IMG/VR virus record: IMGVR_UViG_3300010354_007082
Coordinates: 1-54,266 of that record
Length of the DNA stretch: 54,266 nt
Source of the DNA: a virus
Lineage: Duplodnaviria > Caudoviricetes
Strand: one strand, 5' to 3'
The position numbers and the translations under genes are program-made. The notes below the pieces were generated by a model. The model ran no database searches, was not told where the DNA came from, and saw only the letters and a list, made by a program, of their open reading frames with translations. Positions 8,914 through 18,191 of this stretch are shown here, in pieces. How positions within the stretch are numbered: position 1 is the stretch's first letter; each line of letters opens with the position of its first letter.

Positions 8914-9629
8914 TTTTCTAAATAAAATTTGTCATACACTTTTGTATCTATGTCAATATCTGTATATAATTTGAATTGTTTTATAAATTGTTGTTTATAA
9001 AATACCTGCCCACTAACATAATTTATATTACGTGCCTGATCAGTAAGCTTGTTTGGATTAATAGACATATCAATAACGCATTTTACTCTATCGGACAAAT
9101 GTTTAAATGGACTTATATTTTCTATGGTTCCCAATCCTGTACAATTAATAACTACATCAAACTCTGAATGTCTTTGTTCCCAGTTGTTCAAACTTCTGCT
9201 GAATACTGATAGATTAACATATTTATTTGCTGTCAGGAAGGTTATAAACATTCTTCCTATTGACCCATTGCCCAAAATACACACATTACTGAAGCTGTTT
9301 ATATTATTACAAACATAAGCTACACCAAAAACATCGGCATTATAACCATGTAGTTTACCAGTTTTATTTATAATAGTATTACAAGACATATAATCTGTCA
9401 CACTTTTATCAACGTAGTCTAACTCTTTGATAACCAAACTTTTAAAAGGCATACTAATTGATATGCCCTCATACTTTTTTTTAGCTTCTAATAAATCCTT
9501 TTGTATATTTTGAATTGACGAACTTTTGGGCATATAAACACTATCGCAATTATAATAGTTAAAAAACTTATTATAAAAATACTTACCCTGTGTTCCTGGA
9601 TTTGAACTATAGCTCACATATGTTTTCAT
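8910..9629 (-). CDS. Shikimate dehydrogenase (AroE)-like oxidoreductase
   Basis: SISMPFK, SCNT, GYNAD, LGNGSIG, VINCT motifs in AroE order. Confidence 0.75.
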   Translation of the reverse strand: MKTYVSYSSNPGTQGKYFYNKFFNYYNCDSVYMPKSSSIQNIQKDLLEAKKKYEGISISMPFKSLVIKELDYVDKSVTDYMSCNTIINKTGKLHGYNADVFGVAYVCNNINSFSNVCILGNGSIGRMFITFLTANKYVNLSVFSRSLNNWEQRHSEFDVVINCTGLGTIENISPFKHLSDRVKCVIDMSINPNKLTDQARNINYVSGQVFYKQQFIKQFKLYTDIDIDTKVYDKFYLEK

Positions 9630-9955
9630 CTTTTAAAAGCATGTATAGAATAGATTTTTCCATCTTTAAAAGTAATTACGTCAACTACATTTAAAAAGGT
9701 TGATTGTCCGTTTACAATAATATTGATTAATAACTCTGAAAAAACGGTTTGATCTTCACAGGCATTCTGTAATATAGTAACTTTAACACTGTCAACCTTA
9801 TCAAATATTTGTTTATTTGCTTCTAATACTTTATCACGACCTGATACATTATTGTCCCAATCAATTAATTGTACATTAGGATGAAACATTTTCTCTAATC
9901 CTAACAAATCTTTGTTGCTAAATTTATTAAAATATTGTTCAACTTTATTTTTCAC
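9626..9955 (-). CDS. SnoaL/NTF2-like protein
   Basis: 109 aa; YF..F..KDL..L..MF...V.L.DW...GR, VVDVITF.DGKI..I.AF pattern; GTG start overlapping upstream stop. Confidence 0.8.
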   Translation of the reverse strand: MKNKVEQYFNKFSNKDLLGLEKMFHPNVQLIDWDNNVSGRDKVLEANKQIFDKVDSVKVTILQNACEDQTVFSELLINIIVNGQSTFLNVVDVITFKDGKIYSIHAFKR

Positions 9956-11478
9956 TATTGTTCCTCAAATAACTTTATACCTAAATACCAAAGTAATAAA
10001 TCAAAGTCAGGAGTATGTAAGGGAGCCATATTCCAAAATATGATCGGCACTAACAATTTTGTTTTTTTAACACTATAATTTTTACTAATTAAAAAATCCT
10101 CAACTATTTTAATATATTGTTCGTAGTTTTGAATATGAGGAATGGTTAATTTAACATGACCATTATTGTACTCATATTGAAAGTTGTTGTTTTTTACTTC
10201 ACTGTAATTAATTATAAATCCACCCAATAATTTAGCAAAATCATAATATATGTCGCCAACCTCAACTAATCCAGCAAATTCATGTCTCCAATCAATTATT
10301 TTAAAATGTTGCGAACTGTCTATAATAATATTATCAAATTGTAAATCCCCGTGTATGAAACCAGGCATGTTTATATTTTCAAGCATATCCCAATCAATAT
10401 TATTTAAGTAATAATAGTATGGTTTAACAGGAATATTGTTAACAGTGTGGGCATTGCCTATATTTGGATACTTTTTTAAAAATAAGTTAACACGTTGTAA
10501 TGTTTTTTCTTTATAAAACTTTTTACAATAGCTATCCAAAGATATATTTTTTTTATTCCAAACTTTGCTATCAAACCAATTTAATAAATTTAGAAGTATA
10601 TCTACGGAGTAATTTTTATAAACAACCTCGCCTTCAAAGTAATCATATACCAGCCATTGCCCAATATTGTTTACATTATTAGGAAATATATTAGTGTTGA
10701 GTTTTGTTTTTTCATATTTTTTCTTTGGTATGGATTCGTCCAAAAACCACTTGATAACTTTATTACTAGTAAAATAAGTAATTTCGTCAGTTTTGGTAAA
10801 ATCGTATTTTTGTGTTTTTTTTACTTCACTATTATATATTTCTAAATTACCAAAATCTTTCCAAGAATTTAAATTAACTTGATTAGTGTCTTTTTCTATA
10901 GCAAATACAATTTCATTACTCTGTGAGGATGACAATCTATGTTTAAAATTAACATAATCTTTGATAAACATAACACCAGTAAATGCTTCCCAATCCATAG
11001 TCTGTTGTATCTTAAACGTCATGTCCTTTACTTTGTTGTTTTGAATTTTAAACATTGTGTAGTGTTCAGACATTTCAGTTGGAACATTTTTTGTAAAAAC
11101 AGTATCGTGCTTTAAGTTAAAACTAGTTAAATCTTCATTATAATATGTATCACAAGGTATATACCAAAATTCACTATTCAAAATATCAAAACACTTACTT
11201 ATTGTATAACCTGGGCCCGATTTTTCACTAACGTAATCATCGATTATAACAAATTTTATTTTTAAAAAAGGATAAACTAACTTACAATAATCAATAACTT
11301 GTTGTGATTGATATCCAATTGGAATTATAAATTGTGTATCTGTAGGAAAACTTTCTATAATATGTGAAAGTATGGGTTTATTTTTATAAGGAATTAATGA
11401 TTTGTTTAAAAATTGAGTAAGTTTTCCTAACCTACTACCCAATCCTGCAGTTGGTATGACTACTGTATTTTTATTCAT
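9955..11478 (-). CDS. Fused sugar-nucleotidyltransferase + APH/choline-kinase-like phosphotransferase
   Basis: N-terminal VIPTAGLGSRL..LT...NKSL; C-terminal HGDLQFDNII, IIDWR, GDIYYDFAKL. Start moved from 11538 to MNKNT at 11478 (overlaps upstream stop). Confidence 0.85.
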   Translation of the reverse strand: MNKNTVVIPTAGLGSRLGKLTQFLNKSLIPYKNKPILSHIIESFPTDTQFIIPIGYQSQQVIDYCKLVYPFLKIKFVIIDDYVSEKSGPGYTISKCFDILNSEFWYIPCDTYYNEDLTSFNLKHDTVFTKNVPTEMSEHYTMFKIQNNKVKDMTFKIQQTMDWEAFTGVMFIKDYVNFKHRLSSSQSNEIVFAIEKDTNQVNLNSWKDFGNLEIYNSEVKKTQKYDFTKTDEITYFTSNKVIKWFLDESIPKKKYEKTKLNTNIFPNNVNNIGQWLVYDYFEGEVVYKNYSVDILLNLLNWFDSKVWNKKNISLDSYCKKFYKEKTLQRVNLFLKKYPNIGNAHTVNNIPVKPYYYYLNNIDWDMLENINMPGFIHGDLQFDNIIIDSSQHFKIIDWRHEFAGLVEVGDIYYDFAKLLGGFIINYSEVKNNNFQYEYNNGHVKLTIPHIQNYEQYIKIVEDFLISKNYSVKKTKLLVPIIFWNMAPLHTPDFDLLLWYLGIKLFEEQ

Positions 11479-11908
11479 GTTCACTAGATATTTTACCGTG
11501 TGTTCTTCCTTGATCGTCCTGTAGTCTAAAAACATCATCTAATTCAGGGGTGCTTGCTTCCATAAACTCTAAATCTGTGATAGCAACAACTCTATGTACA
11601 TAATTAGGAAAAACATTAAATATCACACCAGGCATCAAGTCAACTATGTCCATTGATTTTTCATAATCATTGACTTGTTCATTTGACATACCTTTGGTTA
11701 AAAAAGTATTGATGTTAAAAACATCCCTACTTATGTAAAGTTTACCTGAGCCACTTAAAACATAATTTGTTTCTGTTTTAAATTGATGAACTTGTAAACT
11801 TGTTCTATTTCCTGCTAAAAACAAAATTCTTTTTAATGCGTATGGAGTTTTAATTCCGTCGGCTATCCAAAGTTCCTGTCCCCAATGTTTTTTAACAACT
11901 TTTGTCAT
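11471..11908 (-). CDS. Cupin, mannose-6-phosphate isomerase type II-like
   Basis: KHWGQE, RTSLQVHQFKTETNYVLSG, HRV, EASTPELDDVFRLQD; likely start MTKVV at 11908 after AAAGG. Confidence 0.8.
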   Translation of the reverse strand: MTKVVKKHWGQELWIADGIKTPYALKRILFLAGNRTSLQVHQFKTETNYVLSGSGKLYISRDVFNINTFLTKGMSNEQVNDYEKSMDIVDLMPGVIFNVFPNYVHRVVAITDLEFMEASTPELDDVFRLQDDQGRTHGKISSEHE

Positions 11909-11918
11909 AAAATTACCT

Positions 11919-12677
11919 TTAATCATTATATATCAATCTTTCACACAACCAATTTAAACTATAACCTGATTTTGTCTGATACCAAAGATGGCTTAATTGT
12001 TTTATACTTTCATAGTCATTTAGATAATAATTTCTAGATATGCTTCTCAAAATAAAAATATCACTTATTGGTGTGATATGTTTAATGTTTGTAAAAAATT
12101 CTTTGAAAATATTTGCTAAATGGACATGTATATTGCTATGATCGGATATTGTTTGAATGTCTTGGTCGATGTTTTTAAGTTTTAACATCTCTTTGTATTT
12201 TCCAATTAATATCACATCTTGCATATGAAAACCATTACGTAGATTTTCATTACTTTGTCCTATATAACCATATATACAATTATCTTCTATCTCATCTAAA
12301 AATTTATCCCACAAAGTTAAATCGTTTTTGAATACTAAATCAGGTCTTAATAGAATAACAACATCATAAAGTATATTGCTTTTTAACATTAAATCTAATA
12401 CGCTATGCCAACGATTTAACATAAGCTTATTAGTAAAAAGGTAGTCAACGTCATTTTTATTATCAATTTTACTATCAAAACAAAGTAAAACATCATTAAT
12501 TTTTTCCGTTGTAATTTTTTCTGAAAGATTAATGTTTAACTTTTCGTTATACTCTGTTGAAATATCCCAAGTACTAAAATAGTAATGAACATAATCTGAA
12601 AGTTTATTAAACTCCCAGTATTTGTAAGCTCTATCGAATTCTCGATACTCTCCAGCTATTAATACTGCTATCTTCAT
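11919..12677 (-). CDS. Putative glycosyltransferase-like protein (KIAVxxxGxxR...YDxVxxxRxD family)
   Basis: MKIAVLIAGEYR, YFSTWD, YDVVILLRPDL, QDVILIG; paralog of 13402..14208. Confidence 0.5.
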   Translation of the reverse strand: MKIAVLIAGEYREFDRAYKYWEFNKLSDYVHYYFSTWDISTEYNEKLNINLSEKITTEKINDVLLCFDSKIDNKNDVDYLFTNKLMLNRWHSVLDLMLKSNILYDVVILLRPDLVFKNDLTLWDKFLDEIEDNCIYGYIGQSNENLRNGFHMQDVILIGKYKEMLKLKNIDQDIQTISDHSNIHVHLANIFKEFFTNIKHITPISDIFILRSISRNYYLNDYESIKQLSHLWYQTKSGYSLNWLCERLIYND

Positions 12678-13405
12678 AAATCCACATTAGATAACAAATT
12701 ATTATTACTTATATAGTCTAATAAACGTTCTGCCCAAGCATTATGTCCTTCAATAAGAGGATGATGATTTGGGCCACGTGGGAATTTGTTTCTATCAGAA
12801 AACATACTAAATGAATCGTTAACTATAAATCTGGGAGTCAATCGTTGATTAAGAATATAGCTGGGTACATGTTTTATCTGGTCATCAAAAATAGTTTTAT
12901 AATGAAATGAATAAGTTAAAAGATAAGGGATTTTGTGTTGCCTTAAAAAATTCTGTATGCCCAAAATCATTAATTGATCAAATTCATGTTCACTTTTATC
13001 ACTTGAAAAACTTTTTACCATAAGCTCCCATAGTTTATGTTCATCTGTATAGTCAGGTGGTTCATGTGTAAGCATGTGAACATAATACTTATTACGTTCA
13101 CTATTAAAAAATTCTCTGCGTAAACAATGTGTTATACTTACGTTGACAAAAATTTCACTAGGATCATAGTTTGTAAGTGCTTCACTAATGTTCTCTACTA
13201 ATTTTCTATAAGCACGTTGATTACTACCTCCAGGAAGTGCGGTGTTTTTATAGTTAAGATACCCCAATTTATCGGACATGATTCCACTATAACAATGTTT
13301 ACGTTGAAAGTTACTAAAATAATAAAGATTTCCTGGTTCTCTTGGACCGTCTAATTCTTGTCCAAAAGCATAACTGTCGCCTGTAACGTAAAATAACTTG
13401 GTCAT
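12674..13405 (-). CDS. SGNH/GDSL-like hydrolase or acyltransferase
   Basis: VTGDSYAFG block I, GGSN block II, HHPLIEGH..WA block V. Confidence 0.65.
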   Translation of the reverse strand: MTKLFYVTGDSYAFGQELDGPREPGNLYYFSNFQRKHCYSGIMSDKLGYLNYKNTALPGGSNQRAYRKLVENISEALTNYDPSEIFVNVSITHCLRREFFNSERNKYYVHMLTHEPPDYTDEHKLWELMVKSFSSDKSEHEFDQLMILGIQNFLRQHKIPYLLTYSFHYKTIFDDQIKHVPSYILNQRLTPRFIVNDSFSMFSDRNKFPRGPNHHPLIEGHNAWAERLLDYISNNNLLSNVDL

Positions 13406-14208
13406 TTATAAATCTCATTATTTAATTGAACTATTTTATCATAGTCATTAACTACATGTAATCCTATTCCATCTTTGTTCACTGCGTCTTTACGGTATAC
13501 ACACTCACTTAACGATTTTGCTGAACGAAAAAATTTAATGTTAGTATGTCTCAAGTATTCACTCATTAGCGTGCCTGGACCTAGAAAATCACAATCTTCA
13601 GGTATATGGTATTTGCGTTCACTTACCATAAACCAATATATGTCACTAATTACATCCATTACTTCACTACTACCATAATATATTACATCACTAATATTTA
13701 CTCTGTCATACTCCATACCCATTCTACCATTATGTGTTCCATAAAAGTCATAAGGTTTTTTATAATCATATGGATCGTTTAGTCTGTAATCTAACTCAAA
13801 TGTATGGTATGGAATAAACACAAGATCATATCTAGATTTAATAACAAAATCAAATTCAAAGTTATGTTCTAACTCATATTCTCTTTTCAAGTAATTTGCT
13901 CTCATTTGACTATAATAAAGTGAGTCCCACGGAATTATATCATTAGGTAAATCTTCTCGTGACTCTATTACAATTTTTTTAGGATTTAATAAATTGGTAA
14001 TTTCTTCTATTAAAACATTTTTTGGTACTACTTCATGTTTCCAACTTAATACATTATCTTCTCGAACCTTGTAGGTATTATAGTCCCAAGCGTGGCAAAA
14101 ATAATAATATGAGTAATTTTCATTGTTCTGAAAAAAATTTAGTGTACTTGGTAACGCATATTTGTACGTGCGAGGTTGACCACTTAAACATACAGCAATT
14201 TTATACAT
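13402..14208 (-). CDS. Putative glycosyltransferase-like protein, paralog of 11919..12677
   Basis: KIAVCLSGQPR, FCHAWD, LKREYE, FDFVIKSRYDL, SDVIYYGSS. Confidence 0.55.
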   Translation of the reverse strand: MYKIAVCLSGQPRTYKYALPSTLNFFQNNENYSYYYFCHAWDYNTYKVREDNVLSWKHEVVPKNVLIEEITNLLNPKKIVIESREDLPNDIIPWDSLYYSQMRANYLKREYELEHNFEFDFVIKSRYDLVFIPYHTFELDYRLNDPYDYKKPYDFYGTHNGRMGMEYDRVNISDVIYYGSSEVMDVISDIYWFMVSERKYHIPEDCDFLGPGTLMSEYLRHTNIKFFRSAKSLSECVYRKDAVNKDGIGLHVVNDYDKIVQLNNEIYK

Positions 14209-14210
14209 AA

Positions 14211-14714
14211 TTAAAACTCAACAAAAAGTTCCTTATTGTTTTTAGTAAGACAAATAGTACTTATTTGTCTTGACTTTAAAAACTTATAAAAATTTAATTC
14301 ATGTGGTTCTTGACGGAAATAACATCTATAGTATTCACAAGCATGATTAAAGGTTAGTGAATTAGCACAAAACATAGACGGGAAAATACCCGTTCCAAGT
14401 CCAGGTCTCCAATTACCTTTGTAATAATACAAAGTCCTAAAATGTAAATTATTTGGCAGTTCAAAGTAATCAATTAAAGAATCTGAGCAATCATACAAAA
14501 TGTTTATATAGTAGGTAAATCTATGATTGATTTCATATAATCTCTTATCAAACGCGGTATTAAATATTTTTGTAAAGTAATCAGCTTGTTTTTCTGTATA
14601 GAAAAAGTCTAATTTATAATTTGGCAAAAGATTACGAAACTTATCTTTTATTATAGGTATATAATCATTATTTTGATTTACCAAACATATCCCGATTTTA
14701 TTTAATACAATCAT
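14211..14714 (-). CDS. Hypothetical protein, possibly a degenerate member of the same family
   Basis: KIGICL, DKRLYE, MFCANS loosely echo 13402..14208 motifs; ATGA-coupled. Confidence 0.45.
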   Translation of the reverse strand: MIVLNKIGICLVNQNNDYIPIIKDKFRNLLPNYKLDFFYTEKQADYFTKIFNTAFDKRLYEINHRFTYYINILYDCSDSLIDYFELPNNLHFRTLYYYKGNWRPGLGTGIFPSMFCANSLTFNHACEYYRCYFRQEPHELNFYKFLKSRQISTICLTKNNKELFVEF

Positions 14715-16165
14715 GTATATTCACACTGTTTATAAAAATCAACAAATTCAGGAAAATAATCAACAAACTTGGTATTGTTTCTACGATCATATTCACTGTA
14801 AAACAAATAAAAGTCTTTCATAGCTGTTTGTAAATTAAAATCTATAGGTCCATTTATCCAATCTATAAGTCTTTGAATCTTACTTATTTCAAAGTCATAA
14901 AATCCCTTAAACAAATTGTCTTTTGTTCTTTGATTATTCTCCATAAATTCTTTTGTTTTATAAAGTTCAGGTAAAAAATCTTTGTTAATTTTAGCGTTAA
15001 GCCATATTGGGTATTCAAGTTGTGGCATATCAAACCAAACCAGCTGGCGGTCTGTATTGTATTTAAATCTTAAATCTAAAATGTTTTTAATATATTCGTA
15101 GAAACCAACATAACTTAACACATTAAAGGTAATAATAAAAGTCAAACTATGAGCAGAACCTTCACTTAAATATTGATTTATATTTTTATATAATAAATTA
15201 AAGTCCATTCCATTTCTTATATACTCAGCTTGCTTGCCCCAACTATCAAGACTACAAAACAACATAAAATGCTCAAAAGAATCTGTGCTAGTCATATCGT
15301 GAAGGGAAGTCATAAACTTACTCCATTGGTTTCCAGGTGGACAGCAATTGCTTGTTATACTAAGATGTAAATCTTTTTTTGGATTTTTCTTTACATAATC
15401 AAAAATCCTAAAAGTACTTTTATCCATTAATGGTTCGCCACCAGTCATTCTAAATGTTTTTAGTGTGGGATATATTGTAGGGAACCATTCCCAAAAAGCT
15501 AGCAAGTACGGATTATCAGGCCCATTTTGTGGCCACATATTAGCATTTTTCATCCATATGGTATCATTGTGTTTTGTATTACTTAATTGATATGGACCGT
15601 TTTTATCTATATCTTTCATCCACTCAGTGCTTAAATGCGGGCTACAATAACTACATTTAAAATTACATGCTTGGTTAAAATTTACTTCAACATACCTAGG
15701 GCGAGCGTTCCCAACATAACCTAATTTAAGTGCTTCTTTGATTATTCCTTCTTCATAGATATCATTACTACGATAAGCTCTATCACTTAGTTGTTCTCCG
15801 CTGTCCTCTATTCTCCAACAAAATTCACATTCATTTGGACGAACTCCATCCAACATTAATTTTCTTTGTTCTTTTTTATATTTTGTATTATGTAAAGCAC
15901 TTACATCTATTTCAATTTCTTGTAAAGGTATATGATGACTGCGTGGATGATAACAGCTATGTGTTTGACCTGTAGGAATATGTATACTTACATTAAACCA
16001 CTTAGCCAAACAAAAACTTGGGCTAACCTCATTTAACTTTTCAAATACTTTTTTTGTGTTGTGACCATAGTAACTTTCAAATTGGTCATTATTTACAACT
16101 GATTCATTACCTTTCGTACCCTGTATTTCTGACAATTTACCATCCTTCAATTTGGCGTATAACAT
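14711..16165 (-). CDS. Radical SAM protein with N-terminal twitch/SPASM-like Cys cluster
   Basis: CNFKCSYC, TGGEP, SLDS..YIRNG; N-terminal CLAKW, SCYH, CEFC. True start may be TTG at 16135. Confidence 0.88.
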   Translation of the reverse strand: MLYAKLKDGKLSEIQGTKGNESVVNNDQFESYYGHNTKKVFEKLNEVSPSFCLAKWFNVSIHIPTGQTHSCYHPRSHHIPLQEIEIDVSALHNTKYKKEQRKLMLDGVRPNECEFCWRIEDSGEQLSDRAYRSNDIYEEGIIKEALKLGYVGNARPRYVEVNFNQACNFKCSYCSPHLSTEWMKDIDKNGPYQLSNTKHNDTIWMKNANMWPQNGPDNPYLLAFWEWFPTIYPTLKTFRMTGGEPLMDKSTFRIFDYVKKNPKKDLHLSITSNCCPPGNQWSKFMTSLHDMTSTDSFEHFMLFCSLDSWGKQAEYIRNGMDFNLLYKNINQYLSEGSAHSLTFIITFNVLSYVGFYEYIKNILDLRFKYNTDRQLVWFDMPQLEYPIWLNAKINKDFLPELYKTKEFMENNQRTKDNLFKGFYDFEISKIQRLIDWINGPIDFNLQTAMKDFYLFYSEYDRRNNTKFVDYFPEFVDFYKQCEYT

Positions 16166-17093
16166 CCATCTCTTTAACTAACAATCCTTTGTTATACTTA
16201 TCTGCACCATAATGACGTTTAAAGAATTTACTTTGCTCAATATTAAACATACACATAGGTAATCCTAACTTATCGTGTAATTCTATACCAATCTGTTCTG
16301 ACATTTCTGTAGGATCTTTTTCCTTACAATGTTCATCCCATAATTTAGGATAATTATCAAACCACTGTACATTATTTGGATCCCAATCAGTTAACATAGT
16401 TAGATATGTACCTAATCTCGCTCCATATATCGCCCATATTCCGTTATCCACATCTGTCCCAACATTTTGCCATATAGTAAGATTGTTAAGATTTCTACTT
16501 GCCACACTTGTTTTAAACTCATCAATGTTTGGTACACGTCCACCATGTAATACCATTTTTACGCCTTCACGAAATCCAGCACGCCATGCTTGAAAACTTG
16601 TATAGTTTGGATATGTAATACTATAACAATCAGCCATAGCCCAGTAAATATTATCTCTACTATCTAAACAAAAATCTACTGTGGTTGTGCGGTTTCCATC
16701 ACTATGTTCATGCGTTTTCATATTAGCAACATAAGTTTTAGTCCAACTACTCATACCACCATTGCCATATCGTAATCCATTAATATGATTAATTGCTTTC
16801 CAACGATATTGTGCTATTTTATAAACAGGATCTTTACCACGAAAATCAAACTGCCCATTAAAGAATTCAGGATGTGGCATGTTATCACCGTCAATCAATA
16901 TAAAACGTTCAGTATCACTTGCTTCTCCTGCTGCTTTATGAGCAGCATCACTACCTTTTACACCATCAACACGCTTTGCCCATGGCACCATGTTTTTTAT
17001 TTTTAACCAAAATTCTTCTTTTTGTGGTTCATCATAGCTTAGATAGATACAATCTAAGTCAGCAATATCTATAATATCAAGTTCTGTACTCAT
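16137..17093 (-). CDS. GT-A-fold glycosyltransferase-like protein
   Basis: DCIYLSYDEP, RVDGVKGSDAAHKAA, FILIDGDN (DxD), NGLRYGNGG, AWRAGFREGVKM. Confidence 0.65.
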   Translation of the reverse strand: MSTELDIIDIADLDCIYLSYDEPQKEEFWLKIKNMVPWAKRVDGVKGSDAAHKAAGEASDTERFILIDGDNMPHPEFFNGQFDFRGKDPVYKIAQYRWKAINHINGLRYGNGGMSSWTKTYVANMKTHEHSDGNRTTTVDFCLDSRDNIYWAMADCYSITYPNYTSFQAWRAGFREGVKMVLHGGRVPNIDEFKTSVASRNLNNLTIWQNVGTDVDNGIWAIYGARLGTYLTMLTDWDPNNVQWFDNYPKLWDEHCKEKDPTEMSEQIGIELHDKLGLPMCMFNIEQSKFFKRHYGADKYNKGLLVKEMDVIRQIEGW

Positions 17094-17409
17094 AAACTTT
17101 TATACTCCAACGTTTTATATCAATAAAATCTTCATCAACAATAACACTAACATCATATGAATGACAAGATTTACCTTCTTTGCTAGGTACTAATTTCTCA
17201 ACAATTACAAAATCTTTACGTCTTACAATTTCTCCATCTATTACACGTACATCATATCTTGATTCGGCAAAAGTTTGACTATCAATAACAATATAATTAC
17301 CAGGCAAATCTTCTGTGGTATAATGTAATACACTTCCTTTCTCGTCATAATACAACCTAAATTCAGGTTTATTAATCTTAGGTGCTTCAAAAATGACTTG
17401 TTCACTCAT
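17077..17409 (-). CDS. Hypothetical protein
   Basis: 110-aa ORF overlapping both neighbours within the operon. Confidence 0.7.
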   Translation of the reverse strand: MSEQVIFEAPKINKPEFRLYYDEKGSVLHYTTEDLPGNYIVIDSQTFAESRYDVRVIDGEIVRRKDFVIVEKLVPSKEGKSCHSYDVSVIVDEDFIDIKRWSIKVYEYRT

Positions 17410-18191
17410 AATAAATTACAAAAATTTTTATTTACATAATGCACAGGATATTTTTGTGCGTAACAATTAATCTTAAAACAATCATCACTTACTTCATAAA
17501 TTAAGTTTTCAGTCCAATCTTCACTAAAAATATTATTGATTTCCTTTTTCATATGAACAAAACTAAAATCAGTAAAACAATCTAGTGTGGTATGTTCATA
17601 TCCAACAATATGACTAGCTAAACTATATACCCAATCTGTTGTGGCAGGTTCATTTTTGTTACAACGTAAGATTTTTTTATACTGATCCCAATTTTCAAAA
17701 ACATTTCTAACAACTTTATAGAACTTTTCAGCTAGTTCTGATTTACGAAAATATGTTAACCCATTATATGTATCAGGTAATTTGTTGTCTGTAATAAACT
17801 TTCTATAGAACTTTACTTGGCTTAATTCTTGTCTAAAGGTTCTGATGTTAGTACAAACAACCACATCTTTGATAGATAATGCTTCCCAATAATAATCTAT
17901 ATTATATGGAACATAAATGTCTGCTTCAATTTTAATGGTATGTTTGTATGGACTTGCTTCATAAACTTGCCAATCATTTATTAATTTCCAATTACTATAG
18001 GGTGCTAAATCTCCATGTGGCAATTTTACAATATGATCAAAGTTAATGTCACTTATATCTTCATCTGTTAATAACGTTACATGACAATTGGGCATGTAAC
18101 TTTTTAAGCTTCTAGCACAAAGTTTGGCACAATCAATATAGTTTGTGTTTTTTGTGTTTTGTGCGTAGATTAGATAACCATATTCAATCAT
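17406..18191 (-). CDS. GT8-like nucleotide-diphospho-sugar transferase-like protein
   Basis: GYLIYA..., SPYKHTIKIEAD (ExD), YFRKS, FVHMK; paralog of 18188..18988. Confidence 0.55.
   Translation of the reverse strand: MIEYGYLIYAQNTKNTNYIDCAKLCARSLKSYMPNCHVTLLTDEDISDINFDHIVKLPHGDLAPYSNWKLINDWQVYEASPYKHTIKIEADIYVPYNIDYYWEALSIKDVVVCTNIRTFRQELSQVKFYRKFITDNKLPDTYNGLTYFRKSELAEKFYKVVRNVFENWDQYKKILRCNKNEPATTDWVYSLASHIVGYEHTTLDCFTDFSFVHMKKEINNIFSEDWTENLIYEVSDDCFKINCYAQKYPVHYVNKNFCNLL

Noticed and set aside
1158-16165. Bacterial chromosomal capsule locus or prophage boundary
   Set aside because: Genes are contiguous and co-oriented with phage structural genes and flanked by late-promoter motifs; no export/polymerase genes, integrase or att site seen.
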